DNA of 64,000 bases from Azolla caroliniana (lineage: Eukaryota > Plantae > Polypodiophyta): contig JBHGNT010000020.1 in assembly GCA_043228905.1 (NCBI GenBank), positions 3,472,001 through 3,536,000 on the forward strand. The letters are read 5' to 3'. The translations under genes and the position numbers were made by a program. Positions 34,301-46,954 of the stretch are shown here, piece after piece (within the stretch, counting starts at the first letter, position 1; each line of letters opens with the position of its first letter). The notes under the pieces are model-generated. The model made no database searches. It saw only the letters and a list, made by a program, of their open reading frames with translations, and was not told the origin of the DNA.

Positions 34301-37094
34301 GCAGCAAAAGTTGCTGAGATTGCGCTTCATCTAACCGGTAAAGAAAGCCACATGGCTCAGCCCGATAGTGGTAGTACCCAAAAAGAACGGTAGTGTGCGT
34401 CAACTACTGGAAATTGAATGCGGCTACGGTAACTGACGCCTTTCCACTTCCATTCATGGATGGAGTCCTGGATGCGGTCGTCGGTCATAAGGTGTATAGT
34501 TTTTTGGATGGTTTCAGCAGCTATAATCAAATCCAGATGCACCTCGCTGACCAGGAGAAAACCGCTTTTGTCACCGAATGGGGAGTCTTTGTTGCCGTAG
34601 TGATGATGTTCGGACTGAAAACGGCACCGGCAACCTTCCAACGGATCATCATGGAAATTTTCGGGGAATTCATTCCGGCATTCATGCAGGTGTTTTTGGA
34701 TGACTTCGCTGTTTATAGCCAGGAAGGGGATCACCTTCAGCACCTCCGACTATGCCTAGAAAAATGTAGGGTTTACCGACTAAGCCTGAACCCGGCAAAA
34801 TGTGTGTTCGGAGTAACCAGCGGAGCGTTACTGGGCCACATAGTAAGCAAGAACGGTATCGCAGTGGATCCGGACAAAGTAAAAGCAATCCTGGAGGCAC
34901 CGGCACCAGCCACGGCGAAGGCACTAAGCCAGTTCTTAGGACAAATTCGGTGGCATAGTAGAATGCTCCGATATCTGGCAGACTTGGCTACACCACTGCA
35001 TGCCGCAGTACATCGGACACAGAAGACCAAGCTTACCGGGCACTAAAAGTATTGTTGTCACAAGCGCCGGTGGTGCAACCTCCGGATTGGTCCAAAGAGT
35101 TCCATGTGTTCATTGACGCGTCCGACATTGCAATCAGGAACGCACTGATGCAACTGACAGAACCGAAATGGTGCCGGCAAATCTATTATGCCAGCCGGAA
35201 GCTGTCCCAAGCGGAACGGAATTATTCCACAACAGAAAGGGAGGCCTTGGGTATGATCTACAGTGTCACCAAGTTTAGACACTATCTGTTGGGAAGGAAA
35301 TTTTCCTTTCACGTAGATCATTCGGCACTTCTCTACTTGGTGTCCAAAGCATCACTCACCGGTAAGTTGGCCCGATGGACGTTACTATTGCAAGAATTCG
35401 AGTTCGAGATATTCCACCGACCCGGCATACAACATGCGGTAGCGGACTATTTAAACCGGTTGGATTCCGGCGAAACCGGTGACAGAGTCCCAGATGACTT
35501 TCCAGATGCGGAGCTGTTTAGAGTCACAACAGAAATGGCAACGGATAGTTCGGTCGCAGAGGAAGACAAATGGCTTACCAACATGCACCAATTTCTGAGC
35601 ACCGGCCTACCTCCGGAGGAGATGAACAAAGACAAGAGGAAACACTTAGCAGTTCAAAGCTGACACTTTTGTCTATTACAAGACACCCTATACTACAAAG
35701 GCGCAGATGGCATATGGCGGCGTGCAATGCGCAGTGACGAAAAGGAAATAATATTGCGTGAAGCACACTGCGGCGTGGCTAGAGGACATTATGCCGGAGA
35801 CGCTACGGCAAGGAAAATATGCCAGAGCGGACTATGGTGGCCGACAACATTGAAGGATGCAGTCCGGTACAGTAAAGAATGCGACCTATGTCAACGAATG
35901 GGCCAACCAACCGAACAAGCCAGAATGCCTCACCAGCCCGTGCTACCGTTAGAACCATTTCAGAAATGGGGGCTAGATTTTGTCGGTCCGTTCAAACCAC
36001 CGGCAATGAGAACCGGCAACTGGTACGTGATCGTCGCTACGAATTACTGCACAAAATGGGTGGAAGCGAAAGCACTACGCGACAACACCGCGGCATCCAC
36101 AACAAAAATTTTATATGAATGCATTTGGTGCCGATATGGATGTCCGATAGAGCTCATAAGTGACCAAGGTGGGCACTTCTTAGGGCAAGTAGTGGAAAGT
36201 TTGATGACATTTTATGCGGTGGTGCACAAACAGAGCACTCCCTATTATCTGCAAGCCAACAGATTAGCAGAGTCAACAAATAAAACACTACAGAATATCC
36301 TGCGGAAAATTGTCAATGAGAACCGGACGGATTGGGATACAAAGCTACACTGTGCACTCTGGGCCTACCGAACGGCATATAAGACAAGTATCCGCACAAC
36401 ACCGTTCTGCCTAGCATTCGGATTGGAAGCAGTGATGCCGGTAGAGTTCCAGGTACCGAGTCTACGAATACAGATTCGGGAACGCCTAAATGAGAAGGAA
36501 TCGGAAGCTATCCGGTTAAACGCGTTGTGCGAATTGGAAGAACACGGGCTAGCTAGCATCATGCACCTAGAACTAGAGCAGCGGTGAAGGAAGGCGTTCG
36601 TGGATCGTCACCAAAAAGGGAACGAAAAGATGTTCGGCATCGGTAAGCCGGTACTCGTGTTCCAGACCCGGATGGGTAAGATGCCGGGAAAGCTACGGTT
36701 TCGGTGGACCGGACCATACTGGATTACGCGAGAGTTCAACGGTTCCTACCAATTAGGGACACTTGTCGGCGAGCTTCTGGGTAAATGGGTCAATGGGTTC
36801 CGACTCAAACCATACAATGGACCCATGCCAAGAAACCCATTTGAACAAGTGAAAGGCGACACAGAACCGGACATCGGTAAGTCGGAAGCGCCGGCAAGCG
36901 GTCCAGCGTCCGGCAAGGATCACAATCCGGATAGGGGTCCAGTGGGACCGGATAGGGGTCCAGTGGGATCGGTTACACAAAAAAAAAATCAAAAAAAATC
37001 AAAAAAAATCAAATTAAATCAAATCAAAGTAAATCATGCAAGGGCGAGGGATGAACGGACACATGCAAAAACAAGGAGTGAACAGGAACTTTGA
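31340..37094 (+). pseudogene. D gag-protease-RT-RNase H-integrase, degenerate
   Basis: Gag, protease IIDGGSDVN, RT YSFLDGFS and FLDDF, RH FIDASD, INT WGLDFVGP and VNGFRLKPY; many stops consistent with C>T/G>A changes. Confidence 0.9.
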
Positions 37095-38223
37095 AAAGGT
37101 ACGTAGTGGGCTATTAATAGGGTATTAAACCGCCGCCACATGGCACGTCATTCTATTTTAGTACACGACGTGCACACGCGCGGGTAATGAAAAAAAAAAA
37201 AAATAGGCGCCAACATGCAACAAGAAGACCCCCGCCACATAGAAACCCTCACATTTCGCGAACAGAGGAGCACAAACGCAGACAGGCGATTGAAGATCAG
37301 CAGACGCGAACCCACACACACAGAGACTCCTCACACACAACCCTCACCAGCGCTCACCGACCTCGACGAAGCCATGGACTGCCAAGCACTCTCTGAAGCA
37401 GCCAAGAAGTGGCTAAGGCAACACGGCTTAGAGGGTTTCCTCACCATCATGGAGGCGCCACCGCATCGGGAGGCGGAGAAGATAGTCAAAGAAATCGACA
37501 TGGAGCTGATTATTGAGGAGGCCATCCATGCGTTGATTGGCCTTCTGGAAGGGGGAATCTTCAATATCGACAACCCTACCCCGGAACAACTCCGAAAATA
37601 TTTTGGGGAATACTCTCTGGCAAGCAAGGCCTACCGGACACAGGGCGGCGAAGATCCTCTCTTTCGAGAGATTGCCCGTGTGCTCCATGAATTCGGACAT
37701 GTATACCCTCGACCCCCGTGCATGCCCCAGAACCAGGCCGGCTTAATCATAGCCACATATGAAGGCGTGAAGGTGGACTGGGCGGTACTGATTGCGGATG
37801 GCCTCTATGCGGCCATTGACTCTGTCAGAGGCAAAGAGGGTCGGAAGATATGGACGGCAGTGGCGCAATGGCTCACCCTATTGGCGCCACCTATCGAGCC
37901 CGTCAAGACCACGAAGCGGGGAAGGACAACTGAAGGCACCCCGAAAACGGCCTCGAAACGGCAGCAGTTGTTGGCTTCTAAGGCAACCAAAGGGAAGGCG
38001 GCCGACACGGACCACGCGGCAAAGGAGCGCGCCAATAGGAAGCGGCAGGCAGAAACTCAGGAGGAGCCACCGGTGCGGCCTATCAAGATCACGCTTAGCC
38101 GACCGGTTCAACAAGAAGAATTGGCCAAAATGGCCTTAACCGGACCACAGCTCCAAGCACCGGTGATGACTCCGGTAGATGTACAGAATAAAGAAGCATC
38201 GGCACCTATACATAGCAATAAGA

Positions 38224-39438
38224 CCCCGGAGACGGAACCAATCCCGGAGATAGTGGTGGCGTTGTAGCGAAGATGCGCGTGCGAGCGTGCTTCGCTTGAG
38301 CGGGACCACCGGGGTCTTGGACCAAGGAGGATGTCCGTCAAGGTATTGAGAAGAGGACGATGTGAATGTAAGATTGGAGGAAGACCTATTACACTTGAGA
38401 AGATTGAAGATTGTACACTTTCAGAAGTAGATAAATAATTACAAGATAGATGCGAAGAAGAAGAAATAGAAGCTTATATTATTGATGGTGATGATGATGG
38501 TCATATCATATTGAGCCCCCCCATTTACACAAGCCGTACTAGGGGTTTTATAGGTTTGTCCATGCACAAAACCATGGGCTTGGAGCCATGGTTTCTATGC
38601 ACACAGTTTTGCTTTGTGACATGCAGGAAACCATGGGCTTAAAACCGTGGTTTTGTGTACACGGTTTTGTTCGTTTGTTTCCTACGGAATACTGAATATG
38701 AGAAAGAAATATAGAACATCTAAAGCACTTAGTAGTAGCTTTAGTGGTAAGGTAATTGCCTCTTATCTTAGAGGTGCAAGGTTCAAATCCTACTTGCAAC
38801 CCTCTACATGCACTCAATGCCATTGTGACCTAGGTTTATTTATTTTCATTTTTACAAGTATTCGTGAAATGTGTGTGGATCCTCAATTTTTGACTTTTTC
38901 TCGCACTAGACATGCCACATCACGACAGCGCAAGCAAAAGAGCTTGTTGAATTAAGAGATGAACTGGCCGCACAGGAAGCATTACGCACCCAAGAGCGGG
39001 ACTTGGAGAAAGCGGCAGAAGAAGAACAACAAAAGATTGTTGAGAACCTCCGCCGAGCAGAAGAGAATCTACGGCCCCGGAGACGGAACCAGTCCCGGAG
39101 ATAGTGGCAGCGCAAGCAAAAGAGCTTGCTGAATTAAGAGATGAACTGACCGCACAGGAAGCATTACGCACCCAAGAACGGGACTTGGAGAAAGCAGCAG
39201 AAGAAGAACAACGAAAGACTGCTGAGAACCTCAGCCGGGCAGAAGAGAATCTACGGCCCCGGAGACGGAACCAGTCCCGGAGATAGTGGCGGCGCAAGCA
39301 AAAGAGCTTGCTGAATTAAGAGATGAACTGACCGCACAGGAAGCATTACGCACCCAAGAACGGGACTTGGAGAAAGCAGCAGAAGAAGAACAACGAAAGA
39401 CTGCTTAGAACCTCCGCCGGGCAGAAGAGAATCTACGG
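38224..39438 (+). repeat. Three tandem copies of a 182-bp unit, the first split by the solo LTR
   Basis: GCGCAAGCAAAAGAGCTTG recurs at 38928, 39110 and 39292. Confidence 0.9.
38263..38927 (-). mobile_element. Solo LTR of the G lineage inserted in the D accessory ORF
   Basis: Right end CACGACA (minus-strand start TGTCGTGA); shares GCGGGACCAC..GGGGTCTTGGAC with the H LTR; TSD GCGT/GCGC. Confidence 0.8.
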
Positions 39439-41289
39439 AAAGGACATCAGGCCTACGACCGGCTGAAGGAGGAGAAAGAGAAGGCGTTGCAAGAAAAGGA
39501 GAAGCTGCGACAGATGGCGGAAATAGAGATCGAAAGGCTGAAAGAAGAACTCCGTCAGCAGAAGGACCGGGAAGACCGCGCTCGCCGGCAACTCAACCAA
39601 AAGCTGAAGCAGAAGACCGATGAATTTGAGCACCTGCACTAGGACTACAAGCACCTGGATACGGAGCATAAGAAATAGCAGGAGAAGATGGCAGAGCTCC
39701 GGTAGGAGGTACATCGAGTTGAGACGGCGTTGGCAGAGGAACGGGCTGAAAGAACCATGTTGCTGGAGGAAGCCGTGCAAGAACAGATGGAGTTGCATAA
39801 GCAGCATTATGAAGAGAAGGAAAGAGCGACGATGATCTTGCAAAGGTTGCAAAACACTTATCAAACCCAACTGTCACATTACCGAGAGCAGGAGGTGGAT
39901 ACGGTGGCACTCATGAGGCAGTTGAAGGACGAACGGCAAGCCGCGGAGGACAAATCAAAGATGGGATTGGAGCGGATCCAGTTCATTGTCCAGGCATGGA
40001 GGAACAAGCCCAAACGCTTGATTGACGAAAGCTCTGCGCAATGGTGGGACAAATGGGCAAAGCACACAACCGAGCTCCAGTTGCTACGAGCGGACGCGGA
40101 AAACTAGCAGAAGGAAGGCGACGACTATTACATGCTAATGAAGGAGGACTGCACCGCCGTAAGAGATGAGTTAGCCGACGATTTTGTAACTCTGGCAGAG
40201 GAACAGGCAGCAGTGGTCCAGCAACTTGTAGCCCAGCTAGATGATGATCGACTGGATGCTCAAATCCAGTTTGAGAGCTATGAGCGGACCAGGCTACGGA
40301 GAGAAGAAGCAAAGCAGGCGGCGACCGTCAACCTCAGCGCTGAGGAGCCATCACCGGAGTAAGGACCAGACGGAGACAAGGCCGGGGCGAGTCAACCGGA
40401 GTCAAATCCGGCGGAGCAGCTAATGGAGGAATCACCGCCACAACCGTCGGTACCGGGAGCCGAACAAACGCCCTCTTGGGCGCAACAGTCGGAGGAGCCA
40501 CAACCACCGCAGCAACAGCAACCACAACAGTGGCCATAGCAACAACAACAACAACAACCGAATTCCGAACAACCATTAGATACCCTGGAGCAGAGTATTC
40601 TGGATATCTTGGATGAAGGCTAAGGGCCGGATAGTGGAATTCGACGTACAAGGTACTATCCCACAGGCGTGCCATGTGTTACTCGGCCGGCAAAGGAGCA
40701 GAGACCAGAATGTGAAAGGGGTGGTTATTCGGAATATATTTAATTAAGTAAAGTAGATTATAATTATGTAGTGAACGGACAGACCGAAATCGGTATGCCG
40801 ATCCGGATCCGGACCAATTCTGAACAAGTGCCGGTTGGCACCGTTTTGTACGCAGCACCGGTAACCTATATAAAGGCCCAGTTACAATGTAAAAATTTAA
40901 CGGAGAATTAATATAAGCGTCTGGTTTTATCTTCGTGTATTGATTACCGTTTTGTCTTAATTGTTATATCTTACGTGTGTATTAAGTGAATGCCTTATTG
41001 CTAAGTAGCCAATTAAGTCGGATTAATCGTTGTGTCTTAAGTTATCTCGCCGTAACACCCCTTTGGTGAAGTGTCTTCCGGAGACACCCTGTGTTGAATA
41101 CAAATGTAAAATGGACGTATTCACACTATCCTCTTAGAGAGCCCAAGTTCGGGCTATTTCTGTAAATAACATAAAGGGCAGTTGCCCTAAGTGAGTCACT
41201 TTATAAAGTGACTTTGTAACCTTTTGTAAAGGTTGGTTGTTCATTGTTGTAATGGTTGCCCCTTTATGAATATAGATATATTCTTTGTG

Positions 41290-41343
<54 letters not shown>

Positions 41344-42148
41344 CGTAATTTGTTCTTGCCTCTCTCATACGCAGGTATTTCTTCCTCACAGATTCATACT
41401 GTGTGATCTCTTCCGCACTGACAGCCTTGTTCATTCCCTACATTTGGTATCAGAGCTTGGATGTCCTTCATCCCGTTGCCGGCCGCCATTCGAATCTTTG
41501 GATCACAACATTCTATTTTTTTTGGTTTGTATTTGAAGAAACAGAGAAGAGAGAAGAAGAAGAAAAACAAGGCTTGCATCTCATCGCGTTAGATCATCTT
41601 CACTTGGAGTAAGCCAGCCGGCTGTACTCTATTCCTGGTGATCGTAACCGCTCGAGGTGAAATCCCCTTGTGCAACATTGACACGATCATGCTCCACTCG
41701 GTTAAACGGCATCCGAACAGGTCACCGAACGCTGCTCGCCGCCTGTTGTAACCACTCGGTGCAGATCGGTCTCAAGACAACAACCCCAATTCGTGCTTCA
41801 TCCGCCTGATCGACATTCGGGGGGATCAATTGGATCCGTCTCTCTTGTCGCTGCAGTCACCCGAAGCAGAATCAGTCCAGATAATTGGTTTCAATAATCG
41901 GTATCTGGCATATATATTCGGAAGCGAACCGGGCTCACTCCGACTCGGTAACATTCGGGAAGACCAGTCAGTTCTGTCCCTCGAGTTACCGGAGTCAATT
42001 CGAGCAAGTTCAACAATACATATATCCGAAACCGAACCGACTCGGGTTCAAATCCGACTAGAACGATATCGGATGAACCGACTGGCTGCACTCCAACAAG
42101 GTTCGTAGTCAACTCCGAACCGAGCTGCGTCAACCGAAACCGATTCTG

Positions 42149-45100
42149 ATGGCATCAACATCCGGCTCATCGGAAATGAGTCTAAGGAGGTTTGATGGTT
42201 CGAACTTCAATTTTTGGAAGGAGCAAATGCAGGGCTATCTTATAGTCAAGGGTCACATCGATCCGATTGAGAATGAAACTGCTCCAGAAATATACAAGGC
42301 AAATGAGTGGCAGAAGCTGGACAGAATCGTCCACGCCACGATTCGGATGCACCTGTCGGAGTCAGTGTACTTCACAGTGCAATCGTGCACGACAGCCTTC
42401 GAACTTTGGAAGAAGCTATCGGAAACCTACGAAAAGAAGGTCGCCTCAACAAAGATGTATTTGATCCGGCGCCTCTACAACCTGCGGATGAAAGACTCTG
42501 ATTCGCTTCAGGCACACCTTAACGAGTACGAAAGTTTGAGCTCCCAAATCTCGTCACAGGGGACGACAATCGAGGATGAACTCAGAGCAATGATACTCAT
42601 GAGCAGTCTCCCCTCCTCTTGGGAAACCTTCGTTACAACTGTGTGCAACGCTTCTACGACTGCCATCAAGTACTCCGAAGTCACAAGTGCAATCCTGACT
42701 GAAGCAGCTTGGAGAAAGTCTTTCACCAAAGACTCGGCAGAAGAAGCGTATGTAGTACAAGGTTCGACCGATCGATCGAACAACCGGGGAAGAAGTTCTT
42801 CCCGACCGCCGACAAATCAGCGAAGCCGCAGCAAGTCCCGGGAAACCCGAATCTGCAACTACTACAAGAAACCGGGACACATCAAGGCCGACTGTCGGGT
42901 ACTCAAGTCAAAGGCAGACAAAGCTCAGAGAGCTTATCAGAGGAGTAACCGACATGAGGAAGTCAACTACGTCGGCTCTTCAGCCGAGATATTGACGACC
43001 GACCCGAACATATTGTCCATAGAGAATCCAGTCGAATTAGAAGTTCTGCTTACGACTGAGGAATTGAGCACATGGCTTCTGGACTCGAGCGCGTCGTATC
43101 ACGTGACACCTCACCGATCACAGTTTCGGCAATATTCGGACCGGCACTCCGACTCAGTTCGAGTCGGAAATTCGCAGCATTGTGTTATCATCGGAATCAG
43201 CACCGTAGAGCTCAACCTTCCGGGTGGCTCTACACTCGTACTACACAACGTCCGACACGTTCCTGAGCTCTCACGACCCTTGATCTCAGTCGGACAACTT
43301 GATGAAGCTGGCATCCGTGTTGGTTTCTCATCAGGAGGGTGGACACTCCATAGAGGGAACCTCCTGCTTGCTAGAGGACCAAAGGTACACTCATTGTACC
43401 CTTTGTATGTCACACTCAGAGAGGGTGACTTATTTCTGGTAGATATCCCTGTGTCATCCTTATGGCATGGACGACTTGGACACCTCAGCAAGACCGGCAT
43501 CACGCACCTATCCAGAGCCGGATACATCCCGAAACTCTCCTTCTCAGAACATCAGTTCTGCGAGCATTGCCAGTATGGCAAACAGGTAGCCGCATCACAC
43601 CCAACATCAGCACCAAGAGAGTCGAGCCCGCTCGATTTGGTCCACTCGGATGTCTGTGGCCCGATGCCACATCAGTCACTCGGTGGTGCCTTGTACTTCG
43701 TCAGTTTCATTGACGACTCGACTCGGAAGGTGTGGGCTTACCCCATCAAAACCAAAGATCGGGTGTTCTCGATCTTCTCAGATTGGCTCGCAATGGTCGA
43801 AAACCAGACCGGTCGGAAACTGAAGTGTCTCTAAACCGACAATGGAGGTGAGTTCAAATCTGATGAATTCGTCAAATTTTGCAGAGAACGCGGCATTAGA
43901 CGTGAATATACAGCACCATATAGTCCGGAGCAGAACGGAATCGCAGAACGCATGAATCGGACAATTCAAGAACGCGTTGTATCCATGCTCCAACACTCCG
44001 GACTGTCCGATGGCTTCTAGGCAGAGGCTCTACTCACGGCAGTACACATAATCAATATGTCGCCAAGTAGACCTCTAGGAATTAAGATACCTCAGGAAAT
44101 ATGGACCGGTAGAAAGCCAAATTATGATAAGCTGAGGATTTTCGGTTGCGAGGCATACGCCCTCATACTGAAAGACGACGGCCGAAAGCTCGAACCGAGA
44201 TCAAGGAAATGCGTTTTCCTCGGGTACGGACCCGACGGCGAGATCGGATACCGACTCTAGGACCCCAAGCACAGGCAAATCGTCCGAAGTTTGGACGTCG
44301 TGTTCAACGAGTCGACTATGCACAAAACGGCCGAAAGGCCTATTGAAGTCCGAAGGGTAACCGAAGTGCCAACCCTTCATGCCGGCCCAACACACAACAC
44401 GAGACTGGTTTCACAGGTAACCGACTTCTCTCGCACCGAATCCACAGATTCAGCACAGGCGAATGGCTCGGCTTCCGACCATCCGACATCGACACCCGGT
44501 GCGACCAGTCCAGTCATACCTCAAAGATCTGAGAGACTGTCGCAACCTCCGGAGAGGTACTCTCCCAGAATTTTCTTCACCGACGATGGCGAACCGACGT
44601 CCTACGAAGAAGCATCGGCAGCTGCTGATTCAGCCACCTGGCATCTGGCAATGGAGTCGGAAATGCACTCCATCCGCACCAACAAGACTTGGGATCTAGT
44701 CGACTTACCGAAGAATCGACGTGCTCTTCCTTGCAAGTGGGTCTATAGACTAAAGGAGACGTCCGACTCGACCACCCCAAAGTACAAGGCCAAATTAGTT
44801 GCAAAGGGATTTCGACAGGAATATGGCGTCGACTTCGACAAAATCTTTTCACCAGTGGTGAAAATGACAACCCTTCGTTTCATGCTCGATGTTGTGGCCG
44901 CCGACAATTTGGAGCTAATTCAGCTAGATGTGAAAACAGCATTCCTCCACGGTGATCTAAAGGAGGAAATCTACATGGAGCAGCCGAAAGGCTTTGTGGC
45001 CACCGGTCAGGAACATCTAGTCTGCCGACTTAGGAAGAGTCTTTACGGCCTGAAACAGGCACCCCGACAGTGGTACAAGAAGTTCGACGATTTCATCCAG

Positions 45101-46168
45101 TCGGTCAACTTCTCCAAGAGCGATGAGGACCACTGCCACTTCACCAAAACAACTCAAGATGGTTCTCCCATCTTCCTCATCGTCTACGTGGACGACATGC
45201 TACTCTCCGGTCGGCATACCGGAGAGCTCACCGAACTCGTTCGGAAACTGCGATTGAAGTTTGCCATGAAGGACCTCGGTCCGGCAAGACACATACTCGG
45301 AATGAAGATTAGTCGGAATCGCGCCAAAAGACAGCTTTTTCTGTCTCAAACCGACTACATTGGACGTGTCTTGGAACGCTTCAACATGCAATCGGCCAAG
45401 TCTGCTTCGACCCCGCTCCCCATTCATCTTCGGCTTTCTCAGCGAGACTACCCGACATCCGGTCCGGAGGGGGAAGACATGAAGTCGGTACCGTATGAAC
45501 CGGCAGTAGGCTCTCTGATGTACGCGATGGTCGCGACACGGCCTGATATTTCTCACACCATAGGAGTCATCAGCAGATTTATGCACAATCCCGGCCGATC
45601 TCACTGGAACACAGTCAAGCATGTGTTCAGATATTTAGCTGGCACAAAAGACCACGGCATCCTTTTCGGTCCGAACTCAACTTCAGGCGTAGCCGGTTAC
45701 ACCGACTCGGACTTCGCCGGCTGTGTGGACAGTCACAAGTCAACAACCGGATATTGCTTTAAATTCGGCAATGGAGAAATCTCGTGGAAGTCGAAACTTC
45801 AGGAGTGCACAACCACCTCAACGACCGAAGCAGAATATGTAGCTGCCTCCGACGCAGCGAAAGAAGCTTTATGGCTCGGTCGGCTGGCGCACACGTTTCG
45901 GCAAGTCGACTCCAACTCGGCTCTAGTTGTCTACAGCGACAGTCAGAGTGTTGTTGCTTTGTCAAAAAATCCGGTTCATCACAACGCCTCCAAGCATATC
46001 AAAGTTCGATATCACTTTGTTCGGGACTATGTCATTTCCGGGAAAATCGGTTTAGAGAAGATATCCACAACCGATAATGTCGCAGATGGAATGACCAAGT
46101 GTCTTTCGGCAAACCGGTTCCGGTCTCTTCGGCAACAGATGGGCGTAACAACATATCGGTCTGGTTGA
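42149..46168 (+). pseudogene. Copia F gag-pol with several premature stops
   Basis: FDGSNFNFWK gag, WLLDSSAS protease, LDLVHSDVCGP integrase, VYVDDML RT, RNase H. Confidence 0.9.
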
Positions 46169-46660
46169 AGCCGGACATAGTGCAGGATGGTTTCGGACAA
46201 CAGACATCGGTTCACTGACGATCGGCTTCAGCTTTTCCGACCCGACCAATTCGGTCTTCTGTCTACGGATCATGCCGATTCGAACAAAACCGACTTGTCC
46301 GAGAACCTATGCCTATACCTGTATTTTTTATCAAAGTTCGATATCACTTTGTTCGGGACTGTGTCATTTCCAGGAGAATCGGTTTAGAGAAGATATCCAC
46401 ATCCGATAATGTCGCAGATGGAATGACCAAGTGTCTTTCGGCAGACCAGTTGCGGTCTCTTCGGCAACAGATGGGTGTAACAACATATCGGTCTAGTTGA
46501 AGCCGGACATAGTGCAGGATGGTTTCGGACAACAGACATCAGTTCACTGACAATCGGCTTCAACTTTTCCAACCCGACCAGTTCGGTCTTCTGTCTACGG
46601 ATCATGCCGATTCAAACAAAACCGACCTGTCCGAGAACCTATGCCTATACCTGTATTTTT
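45997..46660 (+). repeat. 332-bp tandem duplication of the RNase H end and 3' UTR of F
   Basis: TATCAAAGTTCGATATCAC at 45997 and 46329. Confidence 0.92.
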
Positions 46661-46892
46661 TAGATAACCCATGTATACGCCCATTACGGGGGAGTGTCGA
46701 ATACAAATGTATAATGGACGTATTCACACTATCCTCTTAGAGAGCCCAAGTTCGGGCTATTTCTGTAAATAACATAAAGGGCAGTTGCCCTAAGTGAGTC
46801 ACTATATAAAGTGACTTTGTAACCTTTTGTAAAGGTTAGTTGTTCATTGTTGTAACGGTTGCCCCTTTATGAATATAGATATATTCTTTGTG

Positions 46893-46954
<62 letters not shown>

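Larger units (their letters stand above)
37215..40620 (+). pseudogene. D 3' accessory ORF: globular domain plus long coiled coil, interrupted
   Basis: Sense ORF after integrase (...KYFGEYSLASKAYRT...GVKVDWAVLIADGL...); homologues in E and in the host of A. Confidence 0.7.
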
